DNA from: Gemmata obscuriglobus
Lineage (GTDB): Bacteria; Planctomycetota; Planctomycetia; Gemmatales; Gemmataceae
Direction of reading: 5' to 3'
Length of the DNA stretch: 32,000 nucleotides
Assembly (NCBI RefSeq): GCF_008065095.1
Contig: NZ_CP042911.1
Location: 6,180,001-6,212,000, forward strand
The translations under genes and the position numbers were made by a program. A model generated the notes under the pieces. It had not been told where the DNA came from. It made no database searches and saw only the letters and a program-made list of their open reading frames with translations. Shown piece after piece: positions 1 to 9,427 of this stretch (position 1 is its first letter; the number at the start of each line of letters is the position of its first letter).

Positions 1-26
1 ACAACCGAGGGTCGCGCCTTGATTCG

Positions 27-860
27 TTGAGGCCGAAGGGAAGCATGAGTCACGTTTTTCAGTTGGGCGCCGGCAGCGGCGGGATGGCGGTGCTCGACCT
101 GATCGCGCGCGATCCCGCGGTCACCCGGGTCACGCTCATCGAACCGGACGTGTACGCCGCGCACAACGTCCACCGGCACCTCTTCCCCCCCGCCGCAGTC
201 GGCCGGCTGAAGGCCGATCTGGCAACCGAGTGGCTGCGGGCGCTACGCCCCGACCTCCAGGTCACGGCGCTCGCTTCCGATATCACCGATCCGACGCGCC
301 AAGCCGAGTTCGCCGCTCTTGCCGCCGAGTGCGACGTGGGCGTGTGCGCGGCCGACAACGAGGCCGCAAAGTTCGCGTTCGACGCGCTGATGCGGACCAC
401 GGGAAAGCCGTGGACCCTCGGCGAGGTGCTGAGCGGGGGCATCGGCGGGTGGGTCCACCGGTTCGTGCCCAGCGGGGCGTGTTACGGGTGCGTCGCAAGC
501 CATTTAAAGCGCGAGGTGACCGAGCAACCGGCCGGCCCGCCGCCCGACTACAGCAACCCGAACGGCACACAACCGGAAACGACGATCCCCGCCGGCAAAG
601 CGAGCATCGCGACCGTCGCCGGTCTACACGCCCTCGTAACGCTGGGGGAAATCGCCTCGCGCCCGGCGATCGACTTCACCAGCATGTTGTTCTCGCTCCA
701 GACGGTCACTGGAGTATTTGACGCGCCGTTCCGCGCGCACCGAATGAAGGTCCCGCGCTCGCCCACCTGCCTCACCTGCGGCAACGCCAAACCGCTCCCC
801 GCCGGAGACGCACTTGACGCCGCACTGGCTGACGCGCTGGGCCGTCTGGGCGCGAACTAA
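27..860 (+). CDS. ThiF/MoeB/HesA-family E1-like adenylyltransferase (probable ATG start at 45)
   Basis: GxGxxG Rossmann motif (LGAGSGGMAV). ThiF-type EPDVYAAHNVHRH and CAADNEAAKF motifs. Two CxxC zinc pairs (CYGC aa152-155, CLTC aa248-251). In-frame ATG at 45 follows GAAGGGA. Confidence 0.8.
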   Translation: MRPKGSMSHVFQLGAGSGGMAVLDLIARDPAVTRVTLIEPDVYAAHNVHRHLFPPAAVGRLKADLATEWLRALRPDLQVTALASDITDPTRQAEFAALAAECDVGVCAADNEAAKFAFDALMRTTGKPWTLGEVLSGGIGGWVHRFVPSGACYGCVASHLKREVTEQPAGPPPDYSNPNGTQPETTIPAGKASIATVAGLHALVTLGEIASRPAIDFTSMLFSLQTVTGVFDAPFRAHRMKVPRSPTCLTCGNAKPLPAGDALDAALADALGRLGAN

Positions 861-2019
861 GCTGCTCCGCGGTGGGCGCCCGCTCCTGACGGGCGTGACC
901 GTCGGGTTCGAGCGCGCCGGCGCCACGCGCTGGGAGTCGCCGGTGCCGTGGACCGCCGACGCGGTGGCGCTGGACGTCGGGTTCCGCGGCCCGGGGCGCG
1001 CGCGCCCCAAGTCGGAGTTTGCGCTCCGCACGCCGAGCGCCACGTTCCCCGCCGATACGATTCGCCCCGGTGGCGACGACCGGTTCCACGTCACGTTCCG
1101 GTTCCCGGTGCCGCCGGACTCAGTGTCCGCCGACCTACTGTGGCGCGGCCGCGTGGTCGAGACGCTCCTTGTGCCCGTGTTGGCCCCGACCCAGTTCCTC
1201 ACCGGCCTGACGCTCGCCGACGCGACCGTCGCGGTGCGGTTCGGTGGGACCACCGCGCCGGCGTCCGCGGTCTGTCAGCACCAGTACGACGGGCTCCTCG
1301 CCGCCGCCCTGCTCCGCAGCCCGACCGGGCTGGCACCGCTCGCGGAACTGGGGGTGCGGGTGGTGTTCCACGACTCCCGCTCGGGCACCGAGTACCCCGC
1401 AACGGTCGCGCTGGGGGCGGCGCAGCTCGCACGGTCGGAAGCGCTGGTGACGGCCGTATGTCCGGAACACCCGCAGCCGGCCGGTCCGTGGTGGGTGGTG
1501 TGGCACGCCGGCGACCGCACCCTCGCGGCGCAGCGGCTCCAGGTGGTGCCCGAAGAGAAGTTCGAACTGGGTGTGCGGGTGCTCGAAATCCGCTTCGCGC
1601 TACTCGACGCGAGCGGCACCGTTCACACCGCAAAGCAGCCGCCCGTGCTGAGCGACGCGGGCAAGATCGGACCGTGCTTCGTGCTCGCCGGGGGCGAGCC
1701 CGGGGCGGTCGGCGTGTGCCGGTTCGAGATCGTGGCGTTCGCAAGCGCCGGCCCGGACCCGAACATCCAACACACGGCCGAAGCGGTCATCACGGACGGA
1801 CCGATGGTGTTCGCCCCGGTGCTGTTCGACGTGTCCGCGCTCGCGCGCGTGAGCGGGTTCGAGTTGCGGTTGGGCGGGCGCGTCTTGGGCGTGGCGTCGC
1901 TGCGGCCGGTGCCCGCGGCGCGGGTCAACGGCGAGGGCGGGTTCGTGCCGCCCCCGGACTTCACCTGGTCGCAGGCGGCCGACGACGAACTCGCGGACCG
2001 GCTGCGCCGCCTTCAGTAG
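814..2019 (+). CDS. hypothetical protein with three similar ~110-130 aa modules, no family recognised
   Basis: 401-aa ORF with ordinary composition, unlike the Arg/Pro-skewed competing frames. TTG start at 814 with GGAG 6 nt upstream, overlapping the E1 gene by 47 nt. Alternative in-frame GTG at 895. Recurrent module ends: LLWRGRVVETLLVPV, VVWHAGDRTLAAQRLQVV, ELRLGGRVLGVASLRPV. Confidence 0.6.
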   Translation: MTPHWLTRWAVWARTKLLRGGRPLLTGVTVGFERAGATRWESPVPWTADAVALDVGFRGPGRARPKSEFALRTPSATFPADTIRPGGDDRFHVTFRFPVPPDSVSADLLWRGRVVETLLVPVLAPTQFLTGLTLADATVAVRFGGTTAPASAVCQHQYDGLLAAALLRSPTGLAPLAELGVRVVFHDSRSGTEYPATVALGAAQLARSEALVTAVCPEHPQPAGPWWVVWHAGDRTLAAQRLQVVPEEKFELGVRVLEIRFALLDASGTVHTAKQPPVLSDAGKIGPCFVLAGGEPGAVGVCRFEIVAFASAGPDPNIQHTAEAVITDGPMVFAPVLFDVSALARVSGFELRLGGRVLGVASLRPVPAARVNGEGGFVPPPDFTWSQAADDELADRLRRLQ

Positions 2020-2043
2020 CGGACGGCGCCGACCGCCCAAGGG

Positions 2044-2826
2044 TCAGCGTTCCCACGGCACCCGGTCGTCCCAGTGGTGATCTTCCCACGCGCTGCGACC
2101 AAGGAGTTGATAGCTCTGGTAGGCGAGGAAGCCGAACAGGATCGCGGTGAACACGGTGCCCAGCGCCCATGACGGAAGTTGATTCGTGAAACCAGCACCG
2201 GCGCCCCGCGTGTCCATCACGCAGAAAATTGAGTAGGCCACTACCAATATTGCGCACCCGAACGAGATCTTCAGCGAGATGCGCTTACCCCGCGGCCCCG
2301 AGAACTGCCCGCACAGCTCGCGACACACCTGCCCGCCGTCCAGCGGAAAGACCGGCAACAGGTTCAACACGCCCCAAACCAGATTCACCCGAACGAGCGA
2401 GAAGTACACGTACCACACCAGCACCGAGCGCCGCGGGTCGGCCCAGCCGATGAGTTCCTGGGACCCGTACACCAGCCCGCAGAGCGCAAAGCCGGCAAAC
2501 GGACCGGCCAGTGAGATGATGATTTTCCGCCCGCGCCCGGACACTTCGTGCGTCGGAATCGCCAGCCCGTAGAACGCATACAGCACGATGTCGGCGTGCG
2601 ACCCGAACCGGCGGAAGGCAACGGCGTGCCCCAGTTCGTGGACCAGCAGCGACACGAACACTACGGCCACCCACGCGAGCAGGAACTCGGGCCCCGCCTG
2701 GAGGAGCTGCGAGCCCATGAGGGCGGAGCCGATCCAGAACCACGGGTGGACCCGCACCGGGAACCCGAGGGCGCGGAACCGTAGGTCGTAGGGCGTTCGT
2801 TCCGGTTCGACCAGCACGTTGGGCAC
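2044..2826 (-). CDS. M50-family (site-2 protease type) membrane metalloprotease
   Basis: HELGH (HExxH) inside a hydrophobic segment, NLLPVFPLDGG second M50 motif, several TM helices. The track ORF extends to 2904; in-frame GTG at 2826 or 2817 is more plausible given the divergent gene at 2919. Confidence 0.85.
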   Translation of the reverse strand: MPNVLVEPERTPYDLRFRALGFPVRVHPWFWIGSALMGSQLLQAGPEFLLAWVAVVFVSLLVHELGHAVAFRRFGSHADIVLYAFYGLAIPTHEVSGRGRKIIISLAGPFAGFALCGLVYGSQELIGWADPRRSVLVWYVYFSLVRVNLVWGVLNLLPVFPLDGGQVCRELCGQFSGPRGKRISLKISFGCAILVVAYSIFCVMDTRGAGAGFTNQLPSWALGTVFTAILFGFLAYQSYQLLGRSAWEDHHWDDRVPWER

Positions 2827-2918
2827 CTGTGATGAAGGTCTGATGTGCGCGGCTTCAGTTTTCGATTGTATGTGTGTGGCGCGTGAGCCACAATCTCCGC
2901 GCACAGCCGAGGTGACGC

Positions 2919-4037
2919 ATGGATTGGACCGCGTTCCGCGAGCAGTTCCCGGTCACGGAGCACTGGGCGTTCCTCGACCACGCCGCGGTATCCCCGCTGC
3001 CGCGCCCGTCCGTGCAAGCGCTGCACGAGTACGCCCAGAGCATGGCCGCGAACGGGATCGCCGCGGTCCGCGAGTGGTTCCAGCGGGTCAATCACGTTCG
3101 TGCGCTGGCGGCCCAACTGATCAACGCCCCGGACCCGACCGACGTTTACTTCGTGCCAAACACGACCCACGGCATCGGTGTCGTGGCCGAAGGGTTCCCG
3201 TGGGCGGCCGGTGACAACGTCGTCCTCGCGGCGGAAGAGTACCCGTCGAACCAGTACCCGTGGATGAACCTCGCCCACCGGGGTGTCGAAGTGCGTACAG
3301 TCCCGAGCCGCGGGAACCGCGTTTCGATCGACGACGTGCGCGCCGCGATGACAGACCGCACCCGGGTGCTCACGGTGTCGGCCGTGGAGTTCGCCAGCGG
3401 GTTCCGCAACGACCTCGACGCCCTCGGCGAACTGTGCCTGGCGCGCGGGGTGTTCTTCTTCGTGGACGCGATTCAGGCGATCGGCGCGTTCCCGGTGGAC
3501 GTACAGCGTACCCCAATCGATGCCCTGGCCGCGGACGGGCACAAGTGGATGCTGGGACCGGAGGGAGCCGGGTTCGGCTACATCCGGCGCGAGTGGGTCG
3601 AGCGGTTGCACCCCATCGGCGTTGGCGCGAACAGCGTCGCGAACCCGCTGGCGTTCAGCACCATCGATTTCACACTGAAGCCGCACGCGGGCCGCTGGGA
3701 GGGCGGCGCGTACAACGTGCCCGGCATCACCGCCCTCGGCGCGAGCCTCGAACTGCTCCTGGGCGCCGGGATCGCCAACGTACAGCAGCGCGTGACCGAA
3801 CTGACCGACCACCTGTGCGACCGGGCGGCGCGCGGCTGGACGGTGTTCAGTTCCCGGGCCGACGGCGAGAAGTCCGGCATCGTTTCTCTGCTCCACCCGA
3901 CGCTCCCGCCCGACGAGGTGGTGGCCCGTGCCAAGCACGCGCGGGTGGTCGTTAACAGCCGGGCCGGGCGGGTGCGCGTCAGCCCGCACGCGTACAACAC
4001 GACCGACGAACTCGACCGCTTCCTCGCCGCACTCTGA
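2919..4037 (+). CDS. class V aminotransferase-fold PLP enzyme (cysteine desulfurase/selenocysteine lyase-like)
   Basis: 372 aa. ADGHKWMLGPEGAGF carries the PLP-lysine motif. FFFVDAIQAIG and the general class V layout are present. Confidence 0.88.
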   Translation: MDWTAFREQFPVTEHWAFLDHAAVSPLPRPSVQALHEYAQSMAANGIAAVREWFQRVNHVRALAAQLINAPDPTDVYFVPNTTHGIGVVAEGFPWAAGDNVVLAAEEYPSNQYPWMNLAHRGVEVRTVPSRGNRVSIDDVRAAMTDRTRVLTVSAVEFASGFRNDLDALGELCLARGVFFFVDAIQAIGAFPVDVQRTPIDALAADGHKWMLGPEGAGFGYIRREWVERLHPIGVGANSVANPLAFSTIDFTLKPHAGRWEGGAYNVPGITALGASLELLLGAGIANVQQRVTELTDHLCDRAARGWTVFSSRADGEKSGIVSLLHPTLPPDEVVARAKHARVVVNSRAGRVRVSPHAYNTTDELDRFLAAL

Positions 4038-4049
4038 CCAAGGGGCCGT

Positions 4050-4553
4050 ATGCCAGACAGCAACCTCAGCCCACGGATCGCGGTGTACACGGGGACGTTC
4101 GACCCGGTCCATTACGGGCACCTCGACGTGATCGAGCGCGGCAGCAAGCTGTTCGACAAGCTCATCGTGGGCGTGGGCATCAACCCGGACAAGAAAACGC
4201 TGTTCACAATCGAAGAGCGGGTGCGGCTCATCGAAACGGTCGCCGCCGGGTGGCCCAACGTCGAGGTGCAGTCGTTCGAGGGGCTGGCGGTGCGGTTCGT
4301 CCGCGACAGCGGCGCCCGCATCATGCTCCGCGGGCTGCGCACCCTGTCGGACATGGAGTACGAGTTCACCATGTCGCTGATGAACCTGGCGCAGGACCCG
4401 GCGATCGAAACGCTATTCCTGATGGCCAAGGAAGAGTTCTCGCACGTGAGTTCGTCGCTGCTCCGTCAGATCGCCGCCCTCGACGGCAACCTGACGAAGT
4501 TCCTACCGCAACCCGTTCTGGACGCATTGAAGGAACGAGCGCGCCGGCCATAG
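4050..4553 (+). CDS. coaD: phosphopantetheine adenylyltransferase
   Basis: 167 aa. AVYTGTFDPVHYGHLDVIERG (T/HxGH nucleotidyltransferase motif), RGLRTLSDMEYEFTM and SHVSSSLLRQI are typical of CoaD. Confidence 0.95.
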   Translation: MPDSNLSPRIAVYTGTFDPVHYGHLDVIERGSKLFDKLIVGVGINPDKKTLFTIEERVRLIETVAAGWPNVEVQSFEGLAVRFVRDSGARIMLRGLRTLSDMEYEFTMSLMNLAQDPAIETLFLMAKEEFSHVSSSLLRQIAALDGNLTKFLPQPVLDALKERARRP

Positions 4554-4570
4554 CCGCCGCGCCCGGGCGC

Positions 4571-5869
4571 CTACTTCTTGGCCGGGGTCAGTTCCAGCGC
4601 CTGGAGCTTGCCTTTACCGCGTATGTAAAGCAGCCCGTTACTCAGGACCGGGGCCGCCCAGCACGGGTATTCGAGCCCGGTGTCGTACTTCGACACCTCG
4701 TCGTATTTGGCGGGGTTCACTTTCAGAAGCGCCAGTTCACCGTACTCCGACAGGCTGATGAAGTGCCCGTCGGCGAGCGTCAGGCTGCACCGCTTGGTGC
4801 GCTTCTGGCGCCACTTCACGTCACCGGTCGTGAGGTCGATGCACCGGATGTCCGAGTCCTCGGTGTGGCGCCCGCTGCTCCCGTACACGTACCCGGCGAC
4901 ATGGATCGGCGTGTTCCAGTGGCACATGAGCGACTGATCGCCCGCGTCCTTGTCGCTGTCGCTCCACACCTCTTTCGGCTTGCCGCCCTTGAGATCCAGC
5001 AACACGCTGCCGGCCCCGTAGCACTCGGTGAGCAACACCTTGTCGCCGACCACGACCGGGTTGCTCGCGTTCACGCTCTCCATGATCTTCGCCCGCCACG
5101 GGTGGTGGAACAGGGTCTTGCCGGTCTGCGGGTCGAATCCCAGAAGCCCGCCGCGAGCGAAGTAGAGCCCCGTCTTCTTGCCGTTGATGGTGGCGACGGT
5201 GGGGCTGGCGTAGCTCGCGAGTTCGTCGCCAGCGGCGTACTTCACCTCGCCCGTCTTCTTGTCGAACGCGACCAGCGCCGTGCCGTTCGGTTTCACCTGC
5301 CGGAAGTCGGCCGGGCGAATGTTCTTCACGCTGCCGCCCACCGGCAGAATGAGCAGATCGCCCTCAACAACGGGCACGCTCCCGCACCCGAAGAAGTTCT
5401 GGTGGAAGAAGTACTTCTCGCGGGTCTCGACCTTCCACACCTCTTTGCCGGTGGCGGTGTTGAGGCACACCAGCACGCCCTCGGGGCCGTAGAGGTACAC
5501 GCGGTCGCCATCAACCACCGGACAGGCCCGCGGACCGGGGTCGTAGCCGTACCGGTCCTCGTACTCGGTGGGGTACTCGTACTTCCAGAGGAACTTGCCC
5601 GTTGCGGCGTCGCGGGCGGTGAGGCGGATGTTGTCGCCGAACCGGTCGGCGTGGAACAGCTTCCCGCCGGCGGTGACCGGCGGGGCGAACCCGACCCCGA
5701 GTTCGCACTCCCACACCACCTTCAAGCCCTTCGCGGGCCACGGGGCGATGATCCCCTTCTCCGCCGAAACGCCGTCGCGCATCGGCCCGAGGAACGTGGG
5801 CCAGTCCGCGGCCCGGAGCTCGGGTGCAAGTGCGAGCGTGAGCAGGAAGGGTACGACAGCGCGGGGCAT
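4571..5869 (-). CDS. secreted PQQ-like (BamB-type) beta-propeller repeat protein
   Basis: Repeated G-x-V/L-Y/F-x-x-x-x-G-x-L-x-a-l-D-x-x-T-G-K-x-x-W blades (ARDAATGKFLWKY, LNTATGKEVWKV, FDKKTGEVKY, DPQTGKTLFHH, DLTTGDVKWRQ). Signal peptide begins at the ATG at 5869 (MPRAVVPFLLTLALAPELRA). The track ORF extends to 5932. Confidence 0.85.
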   Translation of the reverse strand: MPRAVVPFLLTLALAPELRAADWPTFLGPMRDGVSAEKGIIAPWPAKGLKVVWECELGVGFAPPVTAGGKLFHADRFGDNIRLTARDAATGKFLWKYEYPTEYEDRYGYDPGPRACPVVDGDRVYLYGPEGVLVCLNTATGKEVWKVETREKYFFHQNFFGCGSVPVVEGDLLILPVGGSVKNIRPADFRQVKPNGTALVAFDKKTGEVKYAAGDELASYASPTVATINGKKTGLYFARGGLLGFDPQTGKTLFHHPWRAKIMESVNASNPVVVGDKVLLTECYGAGSVLLDLKGGKPKEVWSDSDKDAGDQSLMCHWNTPIHVAGYVYGSSGRHTEDSDIRCIDLTTGDVKWRQKRTKRCSLTLADGHFISLSEYGELALLKVNPAKYDEVSKYDTGLEYPCWAAPVLSNGLLYIRGKGKLQALELTPAKK

Positions 5870-5944
5870 GAGTTCGCTCCGGGTGCGGGGCCGTTGAGCG
5901 TACCCCGGCGCGTCAAAAACCGCAACCGTCACCGCCGCCCGCCG

Positions 5945-7696
5945 TCACCGGCCGCCCACGTTCAGCCCGCCGTCGAACCCGAGGAACGGGACGATCTCGG
6001 CGACGGGGGCTTTCGCGTTCGCGGTGTTGAACACCCGCACCGGGCTGTTCTTGATTCCGCCCCCGGACGCGGTGACCACGCGGTTGCGGACGCCCAGGGC
6101 GACCCGCACACCGCCGCGGTACCGCTCGTCGTAGGCGAGCCACTCCACCAGCGATTTGCCCCGCTGGTCCAGCACCCTCACCAGCGGGATGGTGCCCGCG
6201 TCCATCCCCACGATCGCGTCGGCGCGCCCGTTTCCGGTGAGATCGCCGGCCGCGATGAACGCGCCGCCCGTGTACCGGTTGTCCACCGCGGGGAACTCGG
6301 CAAGGACCGCGCGGTCCTTCCCGCTGAAGATCTTCACCGTGGTGACCGCGTTCCCCGGCCCGTTCACCGTGAACAGGTCCGCGACGCCGTCGCCGTTCGC
6401 GTCGCCCCACGCGATCCGCACCCCGCCGGTCACGTTCTGGTTGTGGGCGAAGAAGCTGTCGGTTTCTTTGCCCGTGGCGAGGTTGAACACCTTGACGTGC
6501 TGCGTGCCCTCCGCGTTGATGGCGATGAGCGCGCGGCCGTCCTTGGCGAGGTCTGTGCCGACCGCGTACAGCCCGCCCTTCCACCCCGCGAACGGGACGA
6601 ACTCGACCAGCAGGTTCAGGTCGCGGCCGTCGTACACGCGCACCGGCAGCGTGACCGGGTTCTTCGACGGCCCCGGCGCCACGATCAGGTCCGGAATCCG
6701 GTCGCCGTTGAGGTCGGCCATGTCCACGCGCACGCCGCCGTCGAACGCCAAATCGTAGGCGAAGAAGTTGTACGCCACCGTCCCCTTCTCGTCGGCGAAC
6801 ACGGTGACCCGCGGCTGCGCCCCAACGTCGGCCCCGACCGCGAACGCGAACCGGCGCACCTCGGGCAGCGGGGGCGGCGCGGGGACCGCCCCGCCGAGCG
6901 CCCCGGCCAACCGGCGCTGGAGCCCGTCCACCTTGGTCACCTGCGCGGTGACCGCCGGCGGCAGGTTGCGCAGGCGCGACAGGATCGCGACCGCCTCCGC
7001 CCAGCGCTCGATCATGACCGTGGCCGTCTGACGCAGCAGTTCCGGGCTCGCGTCGTCGCGCAGGCGCCGGGCCAGCAGCCGGGCCTCGCGGGCGGACGTG
7101 GCCAGGGCGCGGTCGAGCCCGCGCTCCGTGGGGAACTCGTCCACGGCCCGGGTGCGCAACTCTTCGGTACTGTCGTCGACCGCTTCCGCAAGGCGCAGGA
7201 GCCGCCGCTTGGTCCGCTCCGGGCTGTTGTCCCCGGCCCCCACCGCCGCCGCGAGTTGCTGGTTCGCGGTGTCGATCCGCGCCAGCGTCGGCCCGGCCGC
7301 TTGCCGGGCCGCGGGGCTCTGCTCGATGGCGCTCAGCAGCCCGCCGAGCGCCCGCTCCACCTCGCCGAACTCCGCAAACACCTTATCCTTGGGCGCGCCC
7401 TTCCGAACCGACTGATCGAGTTCGTACACCTGGCGCAGCGAGTTCTCGATCTGGGCGTTGATCGCGGCCCGGCCCAGCGGGGTGATCTTCGCCGCCGCCA
7501 CCTCGCCCTTGACGGTTTCGAGGTCGAGCGCGATCTGCCCGGTCCAGCGGGCGACGGACGACTGCCAGAACTGTTCCGGCGTCGTCCCGAACTGCTTGAA
7601 CTGCACCACCGGCGGCGCCTTGCCGCCGGGCGGCTGGGCCGCGGCGCCCGCCGCGAGTGCCAACACGAGTGCGAACCCGAAGCCGAATCGCGTCAT
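5945..7696 (-). CDS. secreted protein with N-terminal helical domain and C-terminal FG-GAP/VCBS propeller repeats
   Basis: Signal peptide MTRFGFGFALVLALAAGAAAQ. FG-GAP-type Ca-loop repeats: DLNGDRIPDLIVAPG, GDANGDGVADLFTVNG, GDLTGNGRADAIVGMD. Confidence 0.85.
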   Translation of the reverse strand: MTRFGFGFALVLALAAGAAAQPPGGKAPPVVQFKQFGTTPEQFWQSSVARWTGQIALDLETVKGEVAAAKITPLGRAAINAQIENSLRQVYELDQSVRKGAPKDKVFAEFGEVERALGGLLSAIEQSPAARQAAGPTLARIDTANQQLAAAVGAGDNSPERTKRRLLRLAEAVDDSTEELRTRAVDEFPTERGLDRALATSAREARLLARRLRDDASPELLRQTATVMIERWAEAVAILSRLRNLPPAVTAQVTKVDGLQRRLAGALGGAVPAPPPLPEVRRFAFAVGADVGAQPRVTVFADEKGTVAYNFFAYDLAFDGGVRVDMADLNGDRIPDLIVAPGPSKNPVTLPVRVYDGRDLNLLVEFVPFAGWKGGLYAVGTDLAKDGRALIAINAEGTQHVKVFNLATGKETDSFFAHNQNVTGGVRIAWGDANGDGVADLFTVNGPGNAVTTVKIFSGKDRAVLAEFPAVDNRYTGGAFIAAGDLTGNGRADAIVGMDAGTIPLVRVLDQRGKSLVEWLAYDERYRGGVRVALGVRNRVVTASGGGIKNSPVRVFNTANAKAPVAEIVPFLGFDGGLNVGGR

Positions 7697-7902
7697 TGCT
7701 GCGCCCTCATCCGTGCCGCGAACGAGCGGAGCGTGTCCGCGCTCGCGTTCACGATTGTATCGTTACCCGAACTCAACAGCCGGTCGCGCTTGCGCCGGAA
7801 ACCCGCCCGGCGTCTTCACCCCGAGGGGAGTGCGGGGGTGGGTTTCTTCGCGCAGGCGTCTACAATTCAGCCCATCGCACTGCCCTCCCGAGGTTCCGAG
7901 CA

Positions 7903-8937
7903 ATGGTCCAGGCCCGCCAGGCGGTCATCACCGAGCCGTTCAAGACGACGGTTCGCGAGGTCGAAATCCCCGATCCGGCGCCGAATCAAATCCTCATCGG
8001 CGCCGAGTACAGCGCGATCAGCGCCGGGACCGAACTGGCGGTCTACACGGGCACGCACCAGTGGCTCAAAGACCCCGCGATGCCGGACTGGAAGTTCCCG
8101 TTCCGCAGCGGGTACTCGGCCGCGGGCCGCGTGCTGAAGGTGGGCAAGGAGTTCCCCGGGGGGTTCCAGGAGGGCGACCGCGTCAGTTATCCCGGCAACC
8201 ACGCCTCCGCGGAACTGCTGACCGTGGGGCACGAACGGTGCCGCGTGTGGAAGATTCCGGACAACCTGACCTTCGATAAGGCCGCGATCGCGTGCATCTC
8301 GCGGTACGGGATGGGCGTGTCCGTTCGCGCCGGCCTGACGGTGGGCCGCAGCGCCGCCGTTCTGGGGCTGGGCATCATCGGGCAGTTCTCGCTGCGGTGC
8401 CTGCTCGCGGCGGGCGCCGGCCCGGTGGTCGGCATCGACGCGGTGAAGATGCGCCGCGACGCCGCACTCGCCGCCGGGGCCGATCACGTGATCGACCCGA
8501 CCGCCGGCGACATCAAGCAGCAGTTGAACGCGTTCCTGGGCACGAAGGGCGCCGAGATCGTCGGCGACGCCACCGGCGTTCCGGACGCCATCCCGCACGC
8601 GATGAGCCTCGCGTGCGACGCAGGGCAGGTGGTCGTAGTCGGCAGCCCGCGCGGCCGCGCCAAAGAGGTCAACTTCTACGACGACCTGCACCGCCGCTAC
8701 ATCGAGGTGACCGGCGCCCACGGGAACATGCTGTTCGAGCCCGCGCACACGCGACTGGCCGGAGCGTGGGACATCAACAAGGCGCAGTACTGGCTGATCC
8801 GGCAGCTCGCGGCCGGGCGCCTGAGCCTCGCGGGGCTGGTCACGCACACGATCACGCCCGAGCAACTCGGCGACGCCTATGAAGGGCTGCTGAAGGACAA
8901 GGACAACTACCTCGGCGTCCTGATGAAGTGGGTGTGA
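7903..8937 (+). CDS. medium-chain dehydrogenase/reductase (zinc-type alcohol dehydrogenase-like) family oxidoreductase
   Basis: ATG at 7903 (MVQARQAVITEPF...). GroES-like N-terminal domain. Rossmann motif VLGLGIIGQF. The upstream part of the track ORF (7657-7902) is Arg-rich and looks non-coding. Confidence 0.85.
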   Translation: MVQARQAVITEPFKTTVREVEIPDPAPNQILIGAEYSAISAGTELAVYTGTHQWLKDPAMPDWKFPFRSGYSAAGRVLKVGKEFPGGFQEGDRVSYPGNHASAELLTVGHERCRVWKIPDNLTFDKAAIACISRYGMGVSVRAGLTVGRSAAVLGLGIIGQFSLRCLLAAGAGPVVGIDAVKMRRDAALAAGADHVIDPTAGDIKQQLNAFLGTKGAEIVGDATGVPDAIPHAMSLACDAGQVVVVGSPRGRAKEVNFYDDLHRRYIEVTGAHGNMLFEPAHTRLAGAWDINKAQYWLIRQLAAGRLSLAGLVTHTITPEQLGDAYEGLLKDKDNYLGVLMKWV

Positions 8938-9427
8938 CCCGGGGTAAAGCGCCCCGGCCGTCGAAGCCGCAAAGTCGCACAGCCTCGCTCGATGGGGCCG
9001 GGCAACTTTGTGGCTCGGCGCTGCACCCGAATGGAACTTCAGCGGACGGCCAAGGGAATCATCGGCATCTCCGCGATTCACTCGCTTCCCGCCCGCCGCC
9101 CGCCTGACGTTCTTCGTGGGCCGTAGCTGGCACGGTCGGCGCCAATCATCTCGCATAAACCGTCACCTCGTATCACTTTACGCCGATAATCCAGGTGCGA
9201 TCGGGATCACAGCGGGTCTCTCACACGGTCCGGTTTTGCGGGTTGCGCGGGCTTTTCGTGGGTAGCAGTCGGGTAGCGAATGAGGAGCGACTTGGTAGCG
9301 AACTGGCACCTTTCCGCCACTTGAGAGCCCCGCTGGCGTCCGGCCGCGGGCACTGTAACCCCCGTTACACCTCACCGCCCCTCATTCACGGTCCGATTGC
9401 GGGCGTCCGTTTTGGGCTGATGCCTTT

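Noticed and set aside
2661-4121. 486-aa minus-strand ORF
   Set aside because: Antisense to the class V aminotransferase, which has clear PLP motifs. The composition is Arg/Pro/Gly-skewed. The same reasoning applies to 948-2150(+), 7867-9156(-), 14996-15979(-), 15025-15939(+), 16686-18101(+), 24461-25204(-), 25213-25995(-) and 27917-29179(-).
4559-4570. GCGCCCGGGCGC perfect palindrome between convergent coaD and the propeller gene, considered as a bidirectional terminator
   Set aside because: It can form only a 4-bp stem with a 4-nt loop and there is no U-tract. That is too weak to call.
4250-8137. 1295-aa ORF, the longest in the track
   Set aside because: Extreme Arg/Gly/Ala/Pro/Val composition with no motifs. 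It runs antisense across two well-supported minus-strand propeller genes and into coaD and the dehydrogenase. This is the typical stop-codon-poor artefact of high-GC DNA.
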